A stretch of DNA of 62,642 nucleotides, filler included, from Choristocarpus tenellus KU-1152 (GCA_964200185.2; 10 parts of 10 records of this genome joined end to end with filler, not necessarily neighbours in it), one strand, 5' to 3'. Shown: positions 25,710 through 39,711, numbered from the whole stretch's first letter. The notes: a model not told the origin generated them from the sequence alone. Translations and numbers: made by a program.

Positions 25710-25969
25710 GTATTAATAGTATAGGGACTTCAGAGATCTATCACCTCCTTTGTCTCCTTGCCTACCTACCTCACCCTCCAAGCCCAGTTCGAGCGTTGGC
25801 TACTACAAAAAATGTTCATCAGCTATAGAACAGGAATAAGGACAAGATTAAAGACAGGTTGCAACTCGACAGTGCCTGCCTCCCTTCCCCGTCCTGCATT
25901 CACCTTTTCCGTCCTCCCTCTCTCCCCACGCACAATTAAGCACCTCGTCTGGAGAGTAGTATTGCTCCT

Positions 25970-26039
25970 GGGTCAAAGTATCTGAGGGGGGGGGGGGGGG
26001 TTGGGAGGGGGCGTCCGTTTAGGGCCAACCACTCTTTTT
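25970..26039 (+). mobile_element. MITE family A fragment at contig end
   Basis: gggtcaaagtatctgagggg...cgtccgttt. Confidence 0.7.
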
Positions 26040-26139
26040 NNNNNNNNNNNNNNNNNNNNNNNNNNNNNNNNNNNNNNNNNNNNTTAATTAATTAANNNNN
26101 NNNNNNNNNNNNNNNNNNNNNNNNNNNNNNNNNNNNNNN
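26040..26139. other. Artificial contig linker
   Basis: N44-TTAATTAATTAA-N44. Confidence 0.97.
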
Positions 26140-26171
26140 CCACCCCCCCGCCCCCCCAGATACTTTGGGTC
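26140..26171. mobile_element. MITE family A terminal fragment at contig start
   Basis: cccccccagatactttgggtc. Confidence 0.75.
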
Positions 26172-27832
26172 ATTCTTCTTTTTAGCCCAGTGACTATCCT
26201 AGTCCATAGTCGAAGATACCACACTCTACTGCTTCTCATACTGAAATACCTACGGTTGGACTATGCCAAACAATTTTGTCTCCATTCGTGCCTTGCTTCT
26301 CATGATGCATTGGTTTCATTCATCTCACTCTTCTTTGCCCCACCTCCTCCCTCGTATCTTGTGCTTTTCCACCTCTCTTGGGTCTCCCCCGTTATTGTGG
26401 TACAGAAACAGATTGGATTATAGTATAGGTGTACAATCTGTAGAAGTGTTGGTGTTGAGGACATTAGGTAATCGAAACAAGACTTCCCTAAAAAGAAGTC
26501 TAGCATCGATGGGAAATTCATGCAGGCACCAGCCTCCATCAACCCACCAGAATGCTAATGTGCTAATTTGATGCGACTGGTACGAATGATTGGGGTTACA
26601 GTAAAATATGTGACTGGCGTTGCTACCATCTAACCACAAATCATCCAAAACATTAACTCACATTGATGAACTGTAAATTTACTACATTATAGAAATTGGA
26701 AGCACAGTGGACTGTTGCGCTTGGAAGTGTTCGACCCAAAGTGTACTTCACGCCCTGAAGGGTGGCAAGCTCTCTGTACTATTGTGCTCTGTGCTCCATC
26801 ACTACTGGTGAGATAACTCCAAATCATCAGACCCTCACACGGTGTTATAGAGAGGTTTCCTCCCAAGTGCTAGAAGTGCTTACTCCATCACTTTCATAAC
26901 ATTCTACAGGAAAAGATTATAGAGGTCGAAGTAACAATCCGATATAGTGTGCCGCAACCTAGACACTCCAACTACAGGGGCATTTGGTATTTCCTCTGGT
27001 GGTGGTGTTTGGGCAGATCTGTTTGCTCCAATACAATGTTCCTCTCATTGAACGGATACAAGTACTCTACGACTCTATATTTTTTTGCCATCTCTTCGCT
27101 TTCTTTTTGAAATGCAGAAAATTCCACAGCTCAGACAAAAGCCTTGGCCTTCAGTAGTTGGATCATCATGGAAAATCATAGTCCGGCAATAAAGTACATA
27201 TCAAAACCCTTCATCCATTATTCCAGTACCTTGAAGCTCAGTCTGACTGCGTTGACTACACCAATCTCTACTCTGTGCAGTCCTTTTTGCATATGTGTGT
27301 ATGCAGAGGGGCACTGCATGCCTTATCACACTGGTCAGGTCTAACAAGCAAGGACTCTAAAGATCCGAAATCACAAAATGCAATACCAAGAGAGAGCTTC
27401 ATTTTTTTCATTGTCAAAACGTCACTTGAGAGGGACGTTCGTACTTGTGAGCAATTCTTTCATTGACTACAACCTCCACAGATTTATTAGGCATCACACT
27501 ACAACCAAAAACATTTCTTAATGTATCATACAGCTGAAGGGTAAGGGGGGTTTACATTTCTTTGGCCTTGCAGGATCAATGCAGTTAAGCCTATGATATG
27601 GAATTTTATGTGACAATTCCAGTGTGCGTGATGCTTTGGTTGGTATCCCTTCTTTAAAACCTTGTCGGTCCTTCCTACCCAGCGCTAGACTAATCTTTAA
27701 GCAGATGCACTTGTCTGGGGCCAGGGCTGGGATTGTAAATAGTAGTACATCAATCACGTGCACTTTGCAGGCGAGCATGTTCCAACGTTTTGATTGATAT
27801 GTAGGAATAAACGTGCACAAAGCGTCCCCCTT

Positions 27833-28008
27833 GGGTCAAAGTATCTGGGGGGGAGGGGGTCTACACCAGGGTGTCCATTCGGGCCCTGACCAGGAGAAGT
27901 GAACCCACATTATCCATCCGACACATGCAACCAAATTACTCCAAAATCGTGACATGGAAAAACGGGCCCCAAGTGGACAGCCACCACCCCTCCCAGATAC
28001 TTTGAGTC
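27833..28008 (-). mobile_element. MITE family A, full copy, reverse orientation
   Basis: Both TIRs present; internal sequence is the reverse complement of the 11692 copy. Confidence 0.85.
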
Positions 28009-31000
28009 GCTTGACTGTACACACTTGGGTTAGGGAATACAAGCCCTAGCACCCCCTGTGGAAGCTTCAGGAGTCTAATCTGAAAAAATGGCGTCTCAAC
28101 GATTGTTGAAGGTGTTTGAGAAGAAAAAATATCAGATGTTTGTCTTACACCCAGTGGTCACAATAATAGCCTCACGGTTCCTGGCTCGCCAGGTGTGTTT
28201 GCTGCAGCAAAGTAAGGGACTCCTGCTCCAGGATTCTGGTCATCAACATCACGCTGCCCATGCTGCCCACGCTCCTCCGCAGGTGTTGCATTCCTCCACC
28301 AACCAAGCCCTCCACCCCTACCCCCATCCCCACCTTCTGTGCTGCTAACCCTCCCTCCCTTCCCCCCTACTGACGGATCCATTTCAGAACGCATAGTAAC
28401 AATGCTTGTTACACTGCTCTCGTCTCCTCCCAATGTGTGTTTAGCAAAGCCATCAAAGGCAGGGCTTGTAGGGGGGCGCCCCTTATGTTGCCCTCCTCCT
28501 TTTGTCTTTGGCCGGGCTGCCAACAATAGTGTGTGGAAAGGATTGGGGGAGAGGGGTGCGGTTCGGCTACAATCATAGATGCAATAGTGGGATTGTGTAG
28601 TGGCCTGCAATCCACCTGCATGTACGGTATGTTGGGCTACAATACATGGACTTTGGACAAGTATTTCAAGGTTCACAAGGAGGACGACAAATCACTGCTG
28701 AACAAAGAAGATGAGCTGATGTGTAAGGCATCTTATATCGAGCAGCATAAATACACAACAATATTGAGGTTTCGGGATAGGGGAGGTTGTATGTGAAGGT
28801 AATCTCTCCTACCAATCTTGGCACTCACTTCTTATTGCAGTTTTCATTGAGGAAAACAGGTCAATGCTGGGAGTATGAAAGGTTTGCATGAAATGAAGTG
28901 TATTGGCTCATGCTGATACGTTGGATAATCTATTGACCAAGATGTTGTCATTTCATGACAAGTTCTCTAACCTGAATTCTGGCATAACTCATAGATGGTA
29001 TCCTACCACCATTGGCTTAATATATGCTGTTTGTGGACTACATCGTAATCTGTTCAGAAATTCCAAACTACGGGTGACTTGGATACTGAAGTTCTGAGGA
29101 CGATTACACTGTTATGGCAGTTGAGCAGAAAAATTACCAAACCCACCTCCTGCTAATTTAACACTTCCATTTATCAAATACACAAATGGACTTAGTCCTA
29201 CTATGTGTGAAGCATAGCATTGGAGTCTAGTTCTCAGCACTCTGGAGTAAGTCTTGATGCCTGTTCAAATACTAGCTATCACGTATCAATACATAGCAGA
29301 AGACTAGCACCTATCACCACTCCCTCTTCGATTCGAGCTCCTCACCTTCATCCTCGGGTCCAAGAAGTCCCGGTAAGCCTGACAGTCCTGACATAGCCTT
29401 GGCCTTGTGGAGTAGGGCTGAAGAGTGGCCAATGCTGAAAGCAGATTGGTCGTCTCCTTCAGCATGAAGTGGTGATCGTATGTGCTTCGGAAGTTTGAAC
29501 CCACCTCGATAGACATGGGGTGAGCCTGGAGAAACTCTGCCACCAGTCATCACGCTGTGTATTAGGGGAAAGAGGATGTTTTGGTCACCCATTCATGTCT
29601 ATGGTGATTCAGGTACATGACAACAGTGACTTGAACGATTGCACTATGTATGGTGTGTGCGTACTGTGCACTCATTTTCTAATATCACGAACGGCCCCAT
29701 GATGCCTGTGTAGAACTCTAGACATTTGGAGAGATAGCCAGATTGCTGTTGCATCCAGTTGCATCCCATCGCATCATCACACCACACAGCCCGCCCACTC
29801 GTATAGATGTTGCCTTCATTAAACGTTGCTTACCCCCTTAAACAATTTGAGTATAATATCAAATTGTTGATAACATTGCTGATCATATTGTTGGTGAAAA
29901 TATTTTTGGCATAAATCTATAAAATGTAACAATAAGCTGCACAGAGGTAAGTTTTTTTTTTGTCTAGGAGAGCAAGAGTTTATCGGAGGTTGATTCAAAG
30001 GATGCCGAATAATTATTCTAACCACTCTAGCAACTAGCAGGTATGTTCATGTCTACCATGGTTTACCCATTTCCTGTTGCTACACAAAAACCTTTGTGTC
30101 TTGGTTCTCTTAACCATGTCTGGGACTTTAACTCTGTTTTTCCTGTTTGTACTTCGCCCAAATAACATACTCATAGCAGATATTATCTTCATAATGACCC
30201 TGTTCCTGACCACATAATTATATAGCAAGAGATAGAGGAGTATGTTTTCCAAGAGGATGTGTATGTGACTGATGTTCAGAACACGAACAACAACTGGTAG
30301 CACGATGGGAGAAAATGAGGCCTAGACCAAAATGTTGAAGGTGTTGTGGAAAACAAATCTCTGATTGGTTAGATCCCGCAATCAGGTAGACATCAATAAA
30401 AAGCACTTCAAATTTTCTTGCTCCCCCTTAGATCTTTAACCTCGGTGAACCAAAGCAAAATCCTGTCCTATTTTGCAACTTGTCAAACCAGCCTAATGCG
30501 AATCAGTAGAGTAGAGTCTGTCTCTTGCTTGGAAGCCCGCCAAAGCTTAAGCGGCAAGGACAGACCTTCAGAGAAATGTGAGTGGGCTTGGATGTAAGTG
30601 CTATCATATTCCATGCTAGGATTTGTTGTAGACTTAGCTTTTGAAGAGATCACAGACACTCTGTTATTGTCCAAGTGCTGAGGGAGCAATCAAACACTTC
30701 ATTTGAAAAGGATGCTGTGCTGCAGTGGAAAACTTCAACAAGGAGTGACAACCCACCATGGAAATCAGAAATCTACATGCATGTGTATTCTCGCAGCAAC
30801 CAGTTCTTTTTAGGGCAACTCACCTGTACACCGATGTATGTGGCTCAAATAACTCTGATGCACCTCCAGGCCGAGGGGGCGAGCCCAGTCTCCCGTGCGA
30901 AGTGTGAGGGCGGAAAGTGTCTTTTTTGATGTATGAGTTCTGGGTTCAATGCCACCATGTTTGGATGGCCGGTGTTAACAAGCAGAGGGGACGCAAAATA

Positions 31001-31859
31001 AATGGAGTTGAGGGCTTGGGAGGAGGAACCATGGAATTCATCGCTCAGGAAGGAGTCAAATTACACAAGGGGTACCCAGAGTTGCATTTTAAAGATGCTG
31101 AAAAATCTTTGCAATATTTTTCTATTCTTAAAAATATGTCTAGGATGTTTTCTAAGTCTGAAGGAAAGAATCCAACAATAGAGAAATGGACTCTCTCAAG
31201 TCAAACTGAGAGCTTCATCCATAGAAATACGGGTGAACTGCAAATGATTGAAAATAGGCATAAATCGTGAAACAGTCAAAACCTTGGCACCTCTCGTCCA
31301 CTTTGATTCAAAGTACTTTGTGAAAACTGGAGAGGGCATACCACTGGTTATCCAATCAATTACCTTTGAGGAATACATTTTCCCTCCTCAACACATCTGG
31401 TTACCCTCATGGTCCTGGGTACAACTACCTACAGCTAAACTCCCTGTAGGCCAGTAGTAATGTTCTGTTTCGTTCTGTGTTGTGATCCCAACAGTATAGT
31501 GAGACCTTGGTGATGTGAGCACCACTTCTCATCAATAGGGGACACCTTATGTTCTTTGTAGATATCCCTTTTATAATCAGGACTGTCTTCTTCACACATA
31601 TGAAAGCTAGCCACAAACGATCCTGCACTGGCCGCTCTGAAGGCCTCAGCATCAATGAGTTTGCATCATAATTGTTCATTTTCCTATACTTCAGTATATG
31701 TGATAGAAAATTACGCAGTGGAACTTGCTGTAGTATTTTCGCACAGCATCTTTATGGGGAGGGCAAAATTTAGGTTAAAATGGAGATCGGATTAGTTGCT
31801 TTTTCGTTGTGCTTTTTCAAACCCACTTCTTCAGGAAGACTGGTTGGTTGAACTGCTGC

Positions 31860-34800
31860 CCCTGTCATACCCCCATCAGGAGTGGGTGCTGTTCTTCCCG
31901 CCGGACAACTGGTAAATGGACGGTCACAGGCCAAGCAAGCTTTAGCCTGTATCACCAAGATAGAACAAACATACGCAGGACATTTTGTACGCACATGGAG
32001 GGTAGAAGCTTGGGAACTTCACGGATCAGGTTACAATGATCATTGTGACACAAGCAAGAAATTAGTACCTTATTTGTGCCTTCAGGGAATCGAATGTACT
32101 GGGTAAAACTGTTGATACCTTCCTTGCACGTAGCATTGTATTGCAAATCTTATCATCAAGCACTATCTGATCAACGAATGTCACTGGAGAGTGGAAGTTT
32201 GTCTTTTGTGGGGTTAACACAAAGGAAAGTACGACCGTGCCTGCCATGCCCCTTGCAATGAGTAAGTCGGTTGCTTGGTGTTGTTCTCTGACACATCCAG
32301 AAAATACATAAATTGAGAAATGTTGTTCAATGTACTCTCTATTGAACTAAGAAGCAGAAGTGACGCCTCACCTGGAGTTTTATTTTGCCAAATAGTGTTG
32401 CTCCTGGTGTGGTTGGGATGTACTTCGAGAGGGCAATCTTTAGGGCTGCCACGAAAATTGTTGTTTGAGGTGGAAGGGCGAGGGGCACAACAAGGACAAA
32501 GATAACAAGGGGTGAAAAGGCATGACCTCCAGAACAGGAGTTTCATACACACTTGAATGCCGAAAGTCAACAGTGGTGTTCATGAACCTATCAAGATGGA
32601 CTTGACACAATTTACTGGGAAATCATATCAAGGATCAGGCTAAACCTTAGGGCTGGCGATGGGCTAACATTTTATTTGTAGTTGTATTGGAGGACAGGGA
32701 TAGGTGGCATGCAATATTTCTACTGGTGGGGTATGATTGGGACTGCCATTCTGGATCATTGCTTGCCCCAGAACTTGTTACTGACAGAGCTAGACATGAT
32801 ACCCACAGTGTGGTCATAAACTCATAAGGACCATCACCTTGAGAAAAGGGTGGGTCTTGACATTGAGACTGTTAGGGTTTCTAGTCGCTCCTGTACACAA
32901 CAGCTGCATTGATCTCTTTGGTGCTTCCACAGTTGGGGGCATACTAAAGAGAAGACTTAGGACAAGTCCTGAGAGTGCATTGCTATCATGTGTGGTTCTA
33001 TCAGTGGCTGGATCATTGGAAAGCAAGGTTGATGTCTACTTTTACTTCCTTTGCTCACCATCCTTCATCTTGCCAAAAAATCGATCCCGAATATCACGCG
33101 AGTTTCCATGAATGTGTGGAGCACGGCGATCAAGGGCATTTCTCGTATCTCGTAAAAACTTGGCCGTGGAGGTTTGTCTCACTCGTTCCACTCTGCTCAA
33201 TGAAGCAACAGCGGTAGGGAAGGGTGGATTGACAGCTCTTACAGGATGGTATAAGGTAGCAAGCTATCCCATCTTTGAGGGGCACTTATGACTACTGGAA
33301 AAAACGCTTCTATCTTCTTGGCACTCTCTTGAGAGATTTTGAGTTTTTTATAATGTTATTTTCCTTCTCTTCTAGAGCCACAGCCTCCCAAGGAGGGTTG
33401 CAGCTACATTTCAGGCATGGGAAATGGGGTATAAGGCAGAACCTTATTAGCATAAATACTCAGAACCATCCAGATAGACCCCCCTCTACGTAGGACAGGT
33501 CAGTGATGGATGAGGAATAGGTGCAGCTGGTCTAAGGTAAGGTTGGATGAACCAGTTGGGACAGTGTATGGAGTGTGTATGAAGTCATTTGCCAGGGAGC
33601 AGAGATATGAGATAACAACACAACTTAGTCATGGACAAGGATATCATAGCTGATAAGTTGTTAAGACATTAGGAGAGACTGACGGAAGCTTGCAACTTGA
33701 AGCAAGTCTTCCTGCCAAACAATCGGTTCACTATTCAGAGCATTGCAGTATCATTAGAAAAGTAAAATGCTACAAAATAATAAAGCGAGTCTGACTCATG
33801 AGCACAGGTGTCAAAGAAAAAAAGGGACTGAAAGCACAGAAGCCTCTTACAGACCTTTCATCCCAATCGTAACCTATGGTCTCAGGATTTTCAAGCTTGG
33901 CTATCTCCCGTATCACATCATAGTCGGCTTTTGTGGAAATGAGCTTGGCCACTCGCTGCATATCCCCAGCCAGGCATACCTGAGCCTCCTTGGGGAGGCT
34001 ACAGGAAGAAGAAGCAAAGACCAGGGTCACAAGAGGTGTGCCATGGGAGCAGGTGGTTTGTTAGGGTCCAAAATGACAACAATCCCAACTGATGATATTG
34101 AGAATATCCAACTTAGAGCCTGCACTGCAAGAATTGAAGAGCATCTACAAGAACACAAAAGGAAATAGTTTCCCCGTGATAGAAGAATGACTAGATCAGG
34201 TACCAAAGAGGACAATGCCAGACATGCTGTGTTGGATGATTTTGCTGACTTGTAAAGAAAGTGCAGTAGGTGAAGTAGGGAGAGGTTGTCCTAGGCTAAT
34301 CTACCCTCGTAGTTTTGGAAATAGCGGTCAAAGAGAACCTCCACATCATATAGAAGGGATCTCTATAGGAGGGGGGGCGTAAATATTTCAACCCCATGCC
34401 TATCCCAAGCTAGGTAGCGGATCATAGTTTCACTGCCTTCAACCATCCAGGTCTGTGTTGGTGTTTGGTTCATTTTCTCACCTCTATGCATTGCCATGCA
34501 GCTCTTTATGGTGTGTGGACATTCTTGTTTTGTCCACATTAACCCGATTAGTAAGGACAGTGTAAGGGGGCACTACTTCTGTACATAAGGCCTATCCCCT
34601 CGAAAATGAAGAAAAAACGAACCAGGTAGAAGACTACAACAGTAGTGCCCTAAACAAAGCAGCATGTGTATAACACAAGAAAAAGATGCCATGGGCAGCA
34701 AGAAATACAGTTGCAAAATATTTGCAATGCATTTTGGGAGCCCCTGTGATGTTAAGGATTGGGTAAGAGTAATATGTCCCAATGGCAACTACTGTGGTTT

Positions 34801-34950
34801 GTGTAGCATGTCACCTTATGGAGGAGTGTCGCTGAATTGTTATATCTTCCACCAGCAGGCATATATCCCCCACTGATTTCTCATGGGCAGCAAGCTTCAC
34901 CTCCACTGCCTACGCAATGAATAAATGATCCCAGGTCATTTCCCAGTCAC
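31860..34950 (+). mobile_element. Degenerate KDZ (Kyakuja-Dileera-Zisupton)-type transposase pseudogene with CxC-like region
   Basis: 34664-34951 reads CKIF...VRVICPNGNYCGLCSMSPYGG...IPH*FLMGSKLHLHCLRNE*MIPGHFPVT, resembling the KDZ core (C.K...CPHG..YGF..M...ES...P...YD.AC.LH.YCL.R.P.FF..T). Upstream pieces GTYDYWKKRFYLLGTLL (33281) and GYLPYHIIVGFCGNELG (33899) resemble the CxC4 and first-Asp segments, in the expected order. Many stops; the 5' boundary is approximate. Confidence 0.55.
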
Positions 34951-35046
34951 CAATTGGAGAAGGGGGAAGCATCAGAGAAAAATGAGACTACAGTAGATCA
35001 GAACGCAGGAATAATCTTCAAGAGGATTCTTGAGGGGATTGAACTC

Positions 35047-35119
35047 GGCTTAAAGTATCTCGGAGGGGGTGGCGGCTGTCCATTTGGGGTCAATTTTTTC
35101 ATGTCACGATTTTTGGGCG
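35047..35119 (+). mobile_element. MITE family A, truncated at contig end
   Basis: ggcttaaagtatctcggagggggtggcggctgtccatttggggtcaa... Confidence 0.82.
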
Positions 35120-35219
35120 NNNNNNNNNNNNNNNNNNNNNNNNNNNNNNNNNNNNNNNNNNNNTTAATTAATTAANNNNNNNNNNNNNNNNNNNNNNNNN
35201 NNNNNNNNNNNNNNNNNNN
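35120..35219. other. Artificial contig linker
   Basis: N44-TTAATTAATTAA-N44. Confidence 0.97.
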
Positions 35220-35228
35220 GGGGGGGCA

Positions 35229-35254
35229 TTAGGGTTAGGGTTAGGGTTAGGGTT
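35229..35254. repeat. Telomere-like (TTAGGG)4
   Basis: Read directly. Confidence 0.85.
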
Positions 35255-35856
35255 GGGTGGAGGGTGAGAATGATCCGGTGAGCAGCAGGCATGTTGGGAT
35301 TAAAATGGATAAAAAAAAGAAAAAGTCAGAGGTTGTGTAGAAGGAGTGATTGAGTTCCAGAGGTTGATCGAGATGATACGGCGGTAGGTGATGTATCGAT
35401 GTATTGATGTATTGATGTATTGATGTATCGATGTGGGGTTGTGCTGAACAGACCAAAAGCAAAACGGTGCATGCATGCAGGGTGGAAGGGAGTGGAGAGA
35501 GAGGGATCAACCACCTAAGAACTGATTCAAGAGCCGGTGTAACACTTCTAGGTCATTCGCATGGAGTACGCAAGGGAAAGTGTGCAAAATGGATCCTTAG
35601 TGCGAGGGCTTTGGATGGGCATAGTTTTTTGGGGGGGTGGGGAGGAAGGAGAAGTATCTTGTGTTGTAGGTCCTGTCCTAGGTGTACATTAATGTTAGGG
35701 TTAGATTGACCTGCTCGTTCCTGCTTCGGACTATCACGCCAGACCTTGATGGCAGGGAAGACCCAAAATGGAGCTATAAATACACAGCCCTTCATTGACA
35801 TGCTTCATATAGGGTGTATACAATGTAATCCTTCTTACTTCCAAAACATATCAATG

Positions 35857-35886
35857 TAACCCTAACCCTAACCCTAACCCTAACCC
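35857..35886. repeat. Telomere-like (TAACCC)5
   Basis: Read directly. Confidence 0.85.
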
Positions 35887-36086
35887 ACCAATAACACCAA
35901 AAAAAGTACATACTCAGAACATACATTTCCAACTGACCCATCCATCTTATCCCTCCCTCCACAGATTGCACTCTTCTTCACAGACACTTGCTTTGTTCTA
36001 CCTGACACAAAACAAAAATGCTCTGAGAAGACAAATTTCCTTGTAATATTACTGTATAGACCCAAACCCCTCCCCCCCCAACTCAC

Positions 36087-37175
36087 CTTTCCTCCTTTCC
36101 ATCCCTGCTCATCAAGGCCTCCTCCACCACCCTATTGCCCGCTCCCATGCCAATCCCCTCCACAGTCACCCTTGGAATCAAACCCTCGCTGCCATGGCCT
36201 TCTCTCCCAACCTGCCAAGTGCCACCTGCCCCCCCTCCCCCTGGTAAGCTCTCTCCTTCCTCAGTCTCTTCATGACTCCAACCCCCAATCTCATCCCACC
36301 GCTCAACCACCCCAAAACCCGGAGCAAAAGTGAGATGGGTAGGGGAATTGGGGGAGTGGTGCCTTTCCCTTCCCCCAACCCCCCCAGCCAGAACTGAGCG
36401 GCCAAGTGAGGGTGTGAGGTCCTCTTCCTGTGAATGGGGATGAAAGGGGTGGGAGAGGTCGGGTACGTGGGGTAGGGGGGAGGGGGAAGAGGAGAAGGTA
36501 CTTTAGAGGTTCTGTGGGTACACAAGCAAACTAATTCCAACGGAGTGCTGAAAGCAATCACCCAATGAATCCATCGATATCTTAGCCAACTAAAACAAGA
36601 CTAAGATGTAAGTGTGTTAAAACACTTCGGCACTATGTTATGTTTTCGTTGTGCTCAAGCAACATAATAGCAACAGGCTTCAGACCTCAACACCCATGTT
36701 TATGTGTTTATTATCGCCCTTTCCGCTACCCCCTGCCCACTGTACATTGGGTTAGAGGACTACACCAACAAAAAGGGCTTCCCACGCTCACCTGCCCAAC
36801 TGGCCCATACCCATGTGGCCTCCCCAGAACCCACGACAGTATCGATCCCCCAGTACTGCTGCCCTCCCCCCCACCCCCCCCTTCGCCATCGTAGTGTCCT
36901 TCTCCCCCCCTCCCCCCCCCCCTACCAACACCACGAACATCTACACCTCCCAAGCTCTGACTTCGGGTGTGAGGTCCTTCCCCATCCTCGGCCCGCCTCC
37001 CCCTCCCCCTGACCCTCCTGTGCGCTCTATGGCGATGATGGATATTGTCCCCTAACGCCCTTTCACTACCCATACCATAATAATCGAAGGCGTTTGCCGA
37101 GGCAGCCAGTACTGAGGAATCGAACACATGTCTCAAGTGTGAGTCCAGCAGATCTTCACTACTCTCCCTCAGGGC
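36087..37175 (-). CDS. Two internal exons of an unidentified Gly/Glu-rich low-complexity protein
   Basis: Exons 37175-36792 and 36427-36087; GT-AG sites, phase 0 junction, open frame (ALRESSEDLLDSHLRHVFDS...GQ|EEDLTPSLGRS...). Confidence 0.55.
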
Positions 37176-38875
37176 CTATTGCAGAACAACCAATGAGGTC
37201 GGTGTTTAGAAAATGGGCAGGGGGGTTGGGGATCACGGAATAGTTTCTTTGGGTTAGAGATGCCACTGTGAAGATAGATGGTGTGCCTACACAGGAAAGG
37301 TTAACACACAAAATGGGAAAATAAAAATTTCAAGCACCAAAGTGATCGCTCATGCTAGGGTTATGGCGCACGGCAAACACTGTAGGAACGTAGTTACATC
37401 ACCACCAAATAAGAAAAAAAAAAATCCTCAAGCTTCAGCTACCCACAGTCAGTAGGAGATAATAATAAAAAAAAGAGATCAATGCAGACAAGGCAACACC
37501 AACAACAGTGAGCGCTAGACACGGTACTTTATTTACAGACAAAAGGTCTTGGGGTGTGTGTAGGGTAAGGGATACAGGTGAGGGTGAGAGCCTATCAATG
37601 AAGGTGGTGTGGGGGGGCACCCCCCCCGCTGCAGCATGCAGGCAATGGGGGGTATGGGTATGGTGTGTGTGTGTTTGGGGATGGAGGGAATGTGGCGATC
37701 AGGAGGAGGCTCTGTGGGTATAGGACATGGATACCACACTCATTCTCATCTGACAGGGCGCCTTTTTGCTTCTTAAAATGCCACCAAAGGCTACATAGTG
37801 GAACACTTCACACTCCGTATCTATTCACAGAAAGGTCACACGCCGCCGGTACTGAATCACCCTAACCCTAAGTTGAGACGATCCAGTGGTGACTTTCAGG
37901 GCCGAATGCCAATTAGTGTAGTCGCTGAACCCAGTAAGGCATCGCTGGATCATCGCAACACAGGTAGCTATCAACACGTGGGGGGCTTGACTCTATCTCA
38001 ATCTCCTCTGCCCACCCTGCTCAGGCACTAACGAACCTAAGAGCCATTGATACTGTACTGTTAAACAGGGGGCAAGCATGTATTTGATGCACCTGTTTCC
38101 ACTCAACATGGAAGAGCACCCTTTACCAAACACACTCAACACCAACCATGTCAATCAGAGGCATAAAATAAACCCCCAAGCACACACACTAAAGGCCTCA
38201 TACGATAAAATAAAACCTATACCTTTTAACATCCGCTTCAAGGCCCCTCATACGCCCGTATCCTCAATACCATCACAAAAAGAAAATAAACTTCACCTCC
38301 TTAGGGAGCAGATGCAGGTCTCTCAGAACAAGGATAAGCCGTATAAGTGGCATCCATCCTGCCATCCATCCAACGAAAAAAAAAGAAGCCAGGAGTGGGT
38401 GGGTGGGTGGGTGGGTGAGTATGCAAGGAGTTGATTACTTGTCCTTTTTAATTTTTAACCATTTTGATTGGACAAATGGAAGCCTTCGAGATGGACCACA
38501 AAGTTAAACACACAGTCTCTCCTCTACCTAGCACCCTAAGATACTCATCAAGGAAACATACTGTGTACATCTACTAAGGAGCACACGAACATGGGCACAA
38601 CCCTCCATCTGCACGCCCCCATCAGAACACTGTTGCAAAAAACCCACAAAGTATTTCTGGTCGAATTGAATTGTCTTTTTTACCATGCCACTTCTCTACC
38701 TTCGAGTTAGTTCGTGAGAACTGTTTAAACTTCTTTTAAACCTCAGAACAACAACAGACTGGATGGATTTCGAAACCTCACACTGTCAATGACCCTATAA
38801 CCCTCTCTCACAAAATTCCGCCCCCCTTCCCCCCCCCTCCCCCCCCCACCCTCCCCAATCTTTCAAAACTTGAAG

Positions 38876-38975
38876 NNNNNNNNNNNNNNNNNNNNNNNNN
38901 NNNNNNNNNNNNNNNNNNNTTAATTAATTAANNNNNNNNNNNNNNNNNNNNNNNNNNNNNNNNNNNNNNNNNNNN
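38876..38975. other. Artificial contig linker
   Basis: N44-TTAATTAATTAA-N44. Confidence 0.97.
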
Positions 38976-39671
38976 TCTTTCATGTGAGTATGTTATTTTT
39001 TTTTTTTTTTTTTTTTTTGGGGTGGGGGGGGGGGGGGGGGGGGGGGGGGGGGATGGAGGATGGGTTTGTCAAAAAGGTTGAAGTTGAGGGAAACAATTTA
39101 TGTCTTGACCTCTTTTTGTGTGTGCTCTGGGGTAGTTGCCAGGGTGGTGGTGTGTGATGGGGTTGAGTCGAAGTGTGTTTTGTGAACATTAGCTTTTTTG
39201 ACCTATATGTTGCGGGAGGGAGGGGGGGGGGGTTGTAGTGGAGATTTGGATGATGTCGCAGGAGATGCTTGTTGCTGTGAATGCTCTTGGTTGTGCAGCC
39301 TTGTTCAACAGGCAACCTAAAAGGTCGTGGGATCTGCCTTGCCTTTGAGATTGGGCTGTATAGTTGAGAAGCCAATGCTATTGAGGCGGCAAGCTGCAGG
39401 TCTCTTTCTCCTGCTAATTGCTCTCCTGGCGGTTGTCCTGCTTCCTACCTCCTCCTCGTTGGTATGAGTCCGCATCATTGATTACTACGTTGAAATGATG
39501 TCATTGTCACTTACAGCCTGGGTGGGGTTCTAATAATCAGAACTGGTCTGGTCTTTTGTTTGGTACTGCGCAATGACTGGAGGAAAATGTTGAATCATCT
39601 CAACCAAGCACTATTTGACACCTTGTGAGATGGGGGGGGGGGGGGGGGGGGGTGTTTTTTTTTTGGGGGGG

Positions 39672-39711
<40 letters not shown>

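Noticed and set aside
35229-35254. True chromosome telomere
   Set aside because: Only 4 units, the G-strand points into the contig, and similar arrays occur internally throughout the window.
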